In this document: positions 61,101 through 64,000 of the stretch, piece after piece | How the letters are laid out: every line of letters starts with the position of its first letter | Numbering within the stretch: position 1 is the first letter of the stretch | Origin: Camelus ferus | Lineage: Eukaryota | Length of the DNA: 64,000 nt | Reading direction: 5' to 3' | Assembly (NCBI RefSeq): GCF_009834535.1 | Contig: NC_045697.1 | Span: forward strand, 44,518,001-44,582,000 | Notes under the pieces: model-generated | What the model saw: only the letters and a program-made list of their open reading frames with translations | The model's database searches: none | Told to the model about the DNA's origin: nothing | Translations under genes and position numbers: made by a program

Positions 61101-63519
61101 GAGGTGAGAAAAATGTACAGATTGGCACCCGAAATGATGAAATCCAGCAGTGTTTTATTGTACATCTACCCTTTTCTTCCCCCTCAGTGTTTTACTCTTT
61201 CAAAATTTATTTTTATATGGTTGAAATAATGTATGTGCATAGAATTTTTTAGTCAAGAAAGTGTTTGGGGATCTCAAATATTTTTGGTTTGGCATATTTT
61301 TTTTTATAGCAATGGATTATTAAATTCTTAGAGCATTTGAAATGATATGTTTGATATGATATGATTTTTTAATGCTGAAAAAGAGGACTCTCCCAATATA
61401 TGTAAAACCTTCTGGTGATGTTCTCTTTCTTATCATTGTTTAAATTTGTGTTTTAAATGTATCCTCATCTTCCTTCTCTGTCTTCAACTTCCTAAATGCT
61501 GCAGAGAAAGGATGAAATAGAATGGATGTGAACGTGACTTCCGTGAGAAAGGAGCATCTATTAGATAGGATTCCTAGTGGACTCAAGGAAAGATACCAGA
61601 TAGTAGCATGTATTTCTGTGTGTGTTTGGGAGGTGGGCTAAGGCTAGTTTTGTAAAGGGAAGAATGCAGTCAGGTTAGAAGAATTAAACCTCAACCATCT
61701 GTCTATTTTAAATGACATTCTTGATTCCAGAATCTTAATTAAGTAGAGTGTAAAATCACTGATGGCGATGTAGTAGTCAAGCTAGGCTAACTAGCTGAAA
61801 ATCTCAGTGGTTCAGAAAAACCTGAGAGTCTCAGTGGCTTAACACAACAAAGGTTTATTTCTCTTTTCTGTCATAGTCTGATGCTTGGCTGTCCTCCAAG
61901 TGTTGACTCAGGGATCCGAGTTGCTTTTATCTTGCATCTCTGCAGTCTCAGAGTACATCATTTCCTGCATGGACAGGAGAGAGAGAGGGTATGGATAAGG
62001 TACACCCTTCTTGGGTTAGAAGTGACATCACTTTAGCTCACACTCCGGTTGTTAAGAAATAGTGATATGATCCCAGCAGGCTTCATGGGACCTGGGAAAT
62101 GGAGAGGAACACATGGATATTTGGGGGAGCATTAGCGATCTTTGCCATAGATACATTGCCTCCAATAGGCTAGTCTCTGTTCTTTATTTTCTCATGGCAA
62201 ATTTCTCATAAAATTAGTATCAGGAAAAGGCTTTCCTTTTCTAAAGAGTATGCTTTTTCTTTTTCTTTGTAGTCAGGAACTTCAAATTTAATGCTGATGT
62301 CTACCTGATCTCAGATTTTTGGTGGTATTGTCTATCCTCTTCTCTACTAGGTTTCTGAAATCATTTTATGATGGTTTAAACAATAAGTGCTTTAGTATCT
62401 GACATGACAAGCCAGGCAGCTCAGGGGTTAATTCAGTGGTACAGCATAGAGGACCATCTATGCTTCTTTTTTTGCTCTACAAATCTCAGTGTTTGGCATT
62501 GTCTCCCCTCCATGTCATGAATAACTTAGTAGTTCACGATGTCACATGCCATGGTAGACCTTGGTCAGGCCTGGGCCTTGTGTTGCAGGAGATGAATGAT
62601 GGTCACAGACTGGTCATCATGGCATGGTTGAAATGTAATGCCACTAGGCATGCATCATGCCTAGTTAGTATGTAATATCATATATATAACCTGTGGACAA
62701 TGTTTCAAAATGATGCTGGTGGCTAGGTAAAAAATTACATCCAGAGTTGGATGTAAAGGCAGATGGCTTGTTAAAAAAGTTTTTGCACTCATACAAAGAA
62801 ATCATGTTGGCATATCAGGTGACATGTTTGGTAGAGGGTGGTAATATAGGAATGGTGAGAAACAGAAGGATTTGCTGATGACTTGGATGTGAGGACTGAG
62901 AGAGACAAAGACTTGAGAATGGCTCTAAGTTTTTGGTCTGAACAGTGGGAGAAATGGAATTGCTATTGATGAAAATGGGGAATACTGGAAGAGCTTGGTG
63001 GTGTTTCATAAATAAAATGTATTAAGTTGTTAATAGAGAATGGAGGGTAAGACATTACAAGGAGTCTGGATACTGGGGCTGAGCTAGAGAGCTGAGATGG
63101 TGGAATCAGAGCACTGCCCCAGGTCCTTGGGCCCAGCAGGTAGGACGGGTACCTGACATGGGCAAGGACTCCTGATGCCAGAGCTCTTCCTCTTATCCCA
63201 GGCCATGGTCCCCTCCAGGCATGACTGGCAACAAGTGTTCATTTTACAAAGAGCTCTGATACCCATTATCCCACTCAGCCCTCCGAACCCTGTAGTGTGG
63301 CGACTGCTCTCATGCCTGTGACCAAAGACTTGCAGGCAATCTCAGAAAAGTTGTTACTCATGCATTCATTCAAGAAACACTTATTACGTGCCAGTTGTAT
63401 GTCAGGAAACCAACCCCAGCTCTCCTGATTCAAGACCAGTGTTCTTTCCATATATCTACTTCAATACATTGATTCCTGCTTCACTCTCCTCCTAAATCTG
63501 CCTCTCAACTATTCCCCTT

Positions 63520-63965
63520 CTGTTGTGGTTTTGAAATGTCTCAAATTCATTAATACTCCTCCTTTCAAGGTGGGGGGGGGCTATTTCCCCTCCCCATGAA
63601 TGTGGGCCGCTTCACTGCTAATGAATTAGAATAAAGCAGAAGTGGTGTGTGATTTCAGAGCTATGTCATAAAAAGGACTGCAGCTTCCTGCTTGTTCTCT
63701 GGTTCCCTCTTGGGTCACTTGCTCTGGGGAAGCCAGCGGCCATACTGTGAGAAGGGCTTTGGAGAGGTCCACTGAGGGAAGAATTGAGGCCTCTGGCCAA
63801 GAGATATGTCAGTGACCTTGCGATCAGGTCCCCTATCCCCTGCCCACATCTTGACTGCAACTTCATGAGAGGCCCTGAGCTAGAACCACCTCAGGAAGCT
63901 ATTCTTGATTTCGGACCTTTAGAAACTCTGTGAAATGATAAATACTTACTCTTTTTTTAAAAACT
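63520..63965 (+). mobile_element. MLT1-like MaLR LTR
   Basis: gcagaagtg..gtgtgatttc, ctctggggaagccagc.gccat, acatcttgactgcaac.tcatgagag.ccctgagc.agaaccac motifs. Confidence 0.7.
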
Positions 63966-64000
63966 AGGTTTTAAAACATACTGAAAAAATAGGAAAAAAT

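Noticed and set aside
60908..61252. 114-aa plus-strand ORF
   Set aside because: No recognisable domain, promoter or supporting exon structure.
1..64000. CRISPR arrays, operons or other prokaryotic systems
   Set aside because: The sequence is intron-containing mammalian DNA and no repeat-spacer array was seen.

Overview
This is mammalian genomic DNA, probably camelid judging by three Vic-1-like tRNA-derived SINEs. It holds two convergent (tail-to-tail) genes. (1) On the + strand is the 3' part of HNRNPD/AUF1: coding exons 3-8 (3347-7482), the 107-nt NMD-switch 3'UTR exon 9 (7815-7921), an AU-rich intron 9 and terminal exon 10 (from 8684). (2) On the - strand is a complete six-exon gene (ATG 44002, stop 19784) that the ORF track shows only in two fragments. 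Manual splicing gives all GT-AG introns and an open 645-nt CDS (214 aa): a VAMP7-like longin domain, a VAMP8-like R-SNARE motif and a C-terminal transmembrane anchor. It has a CpG-island promoter and an AATAAA just after the stop. It is most likely the poorly studied VAMP9 (recalled as pseudogene VAMP9P near HNRNPD in human; to verify). Its SNARE zero-layer residue is Asn instead of Arg, and the C-terminal layers have diverged. The rest of the window is old interspersed repeats (L1, L2, MIR, MLT1, MER20/MER5/MER58), a solo ERV LTR and microsatellites. Repeat family names are pattern-recognition calls with approximate boundaries; no database search was run.
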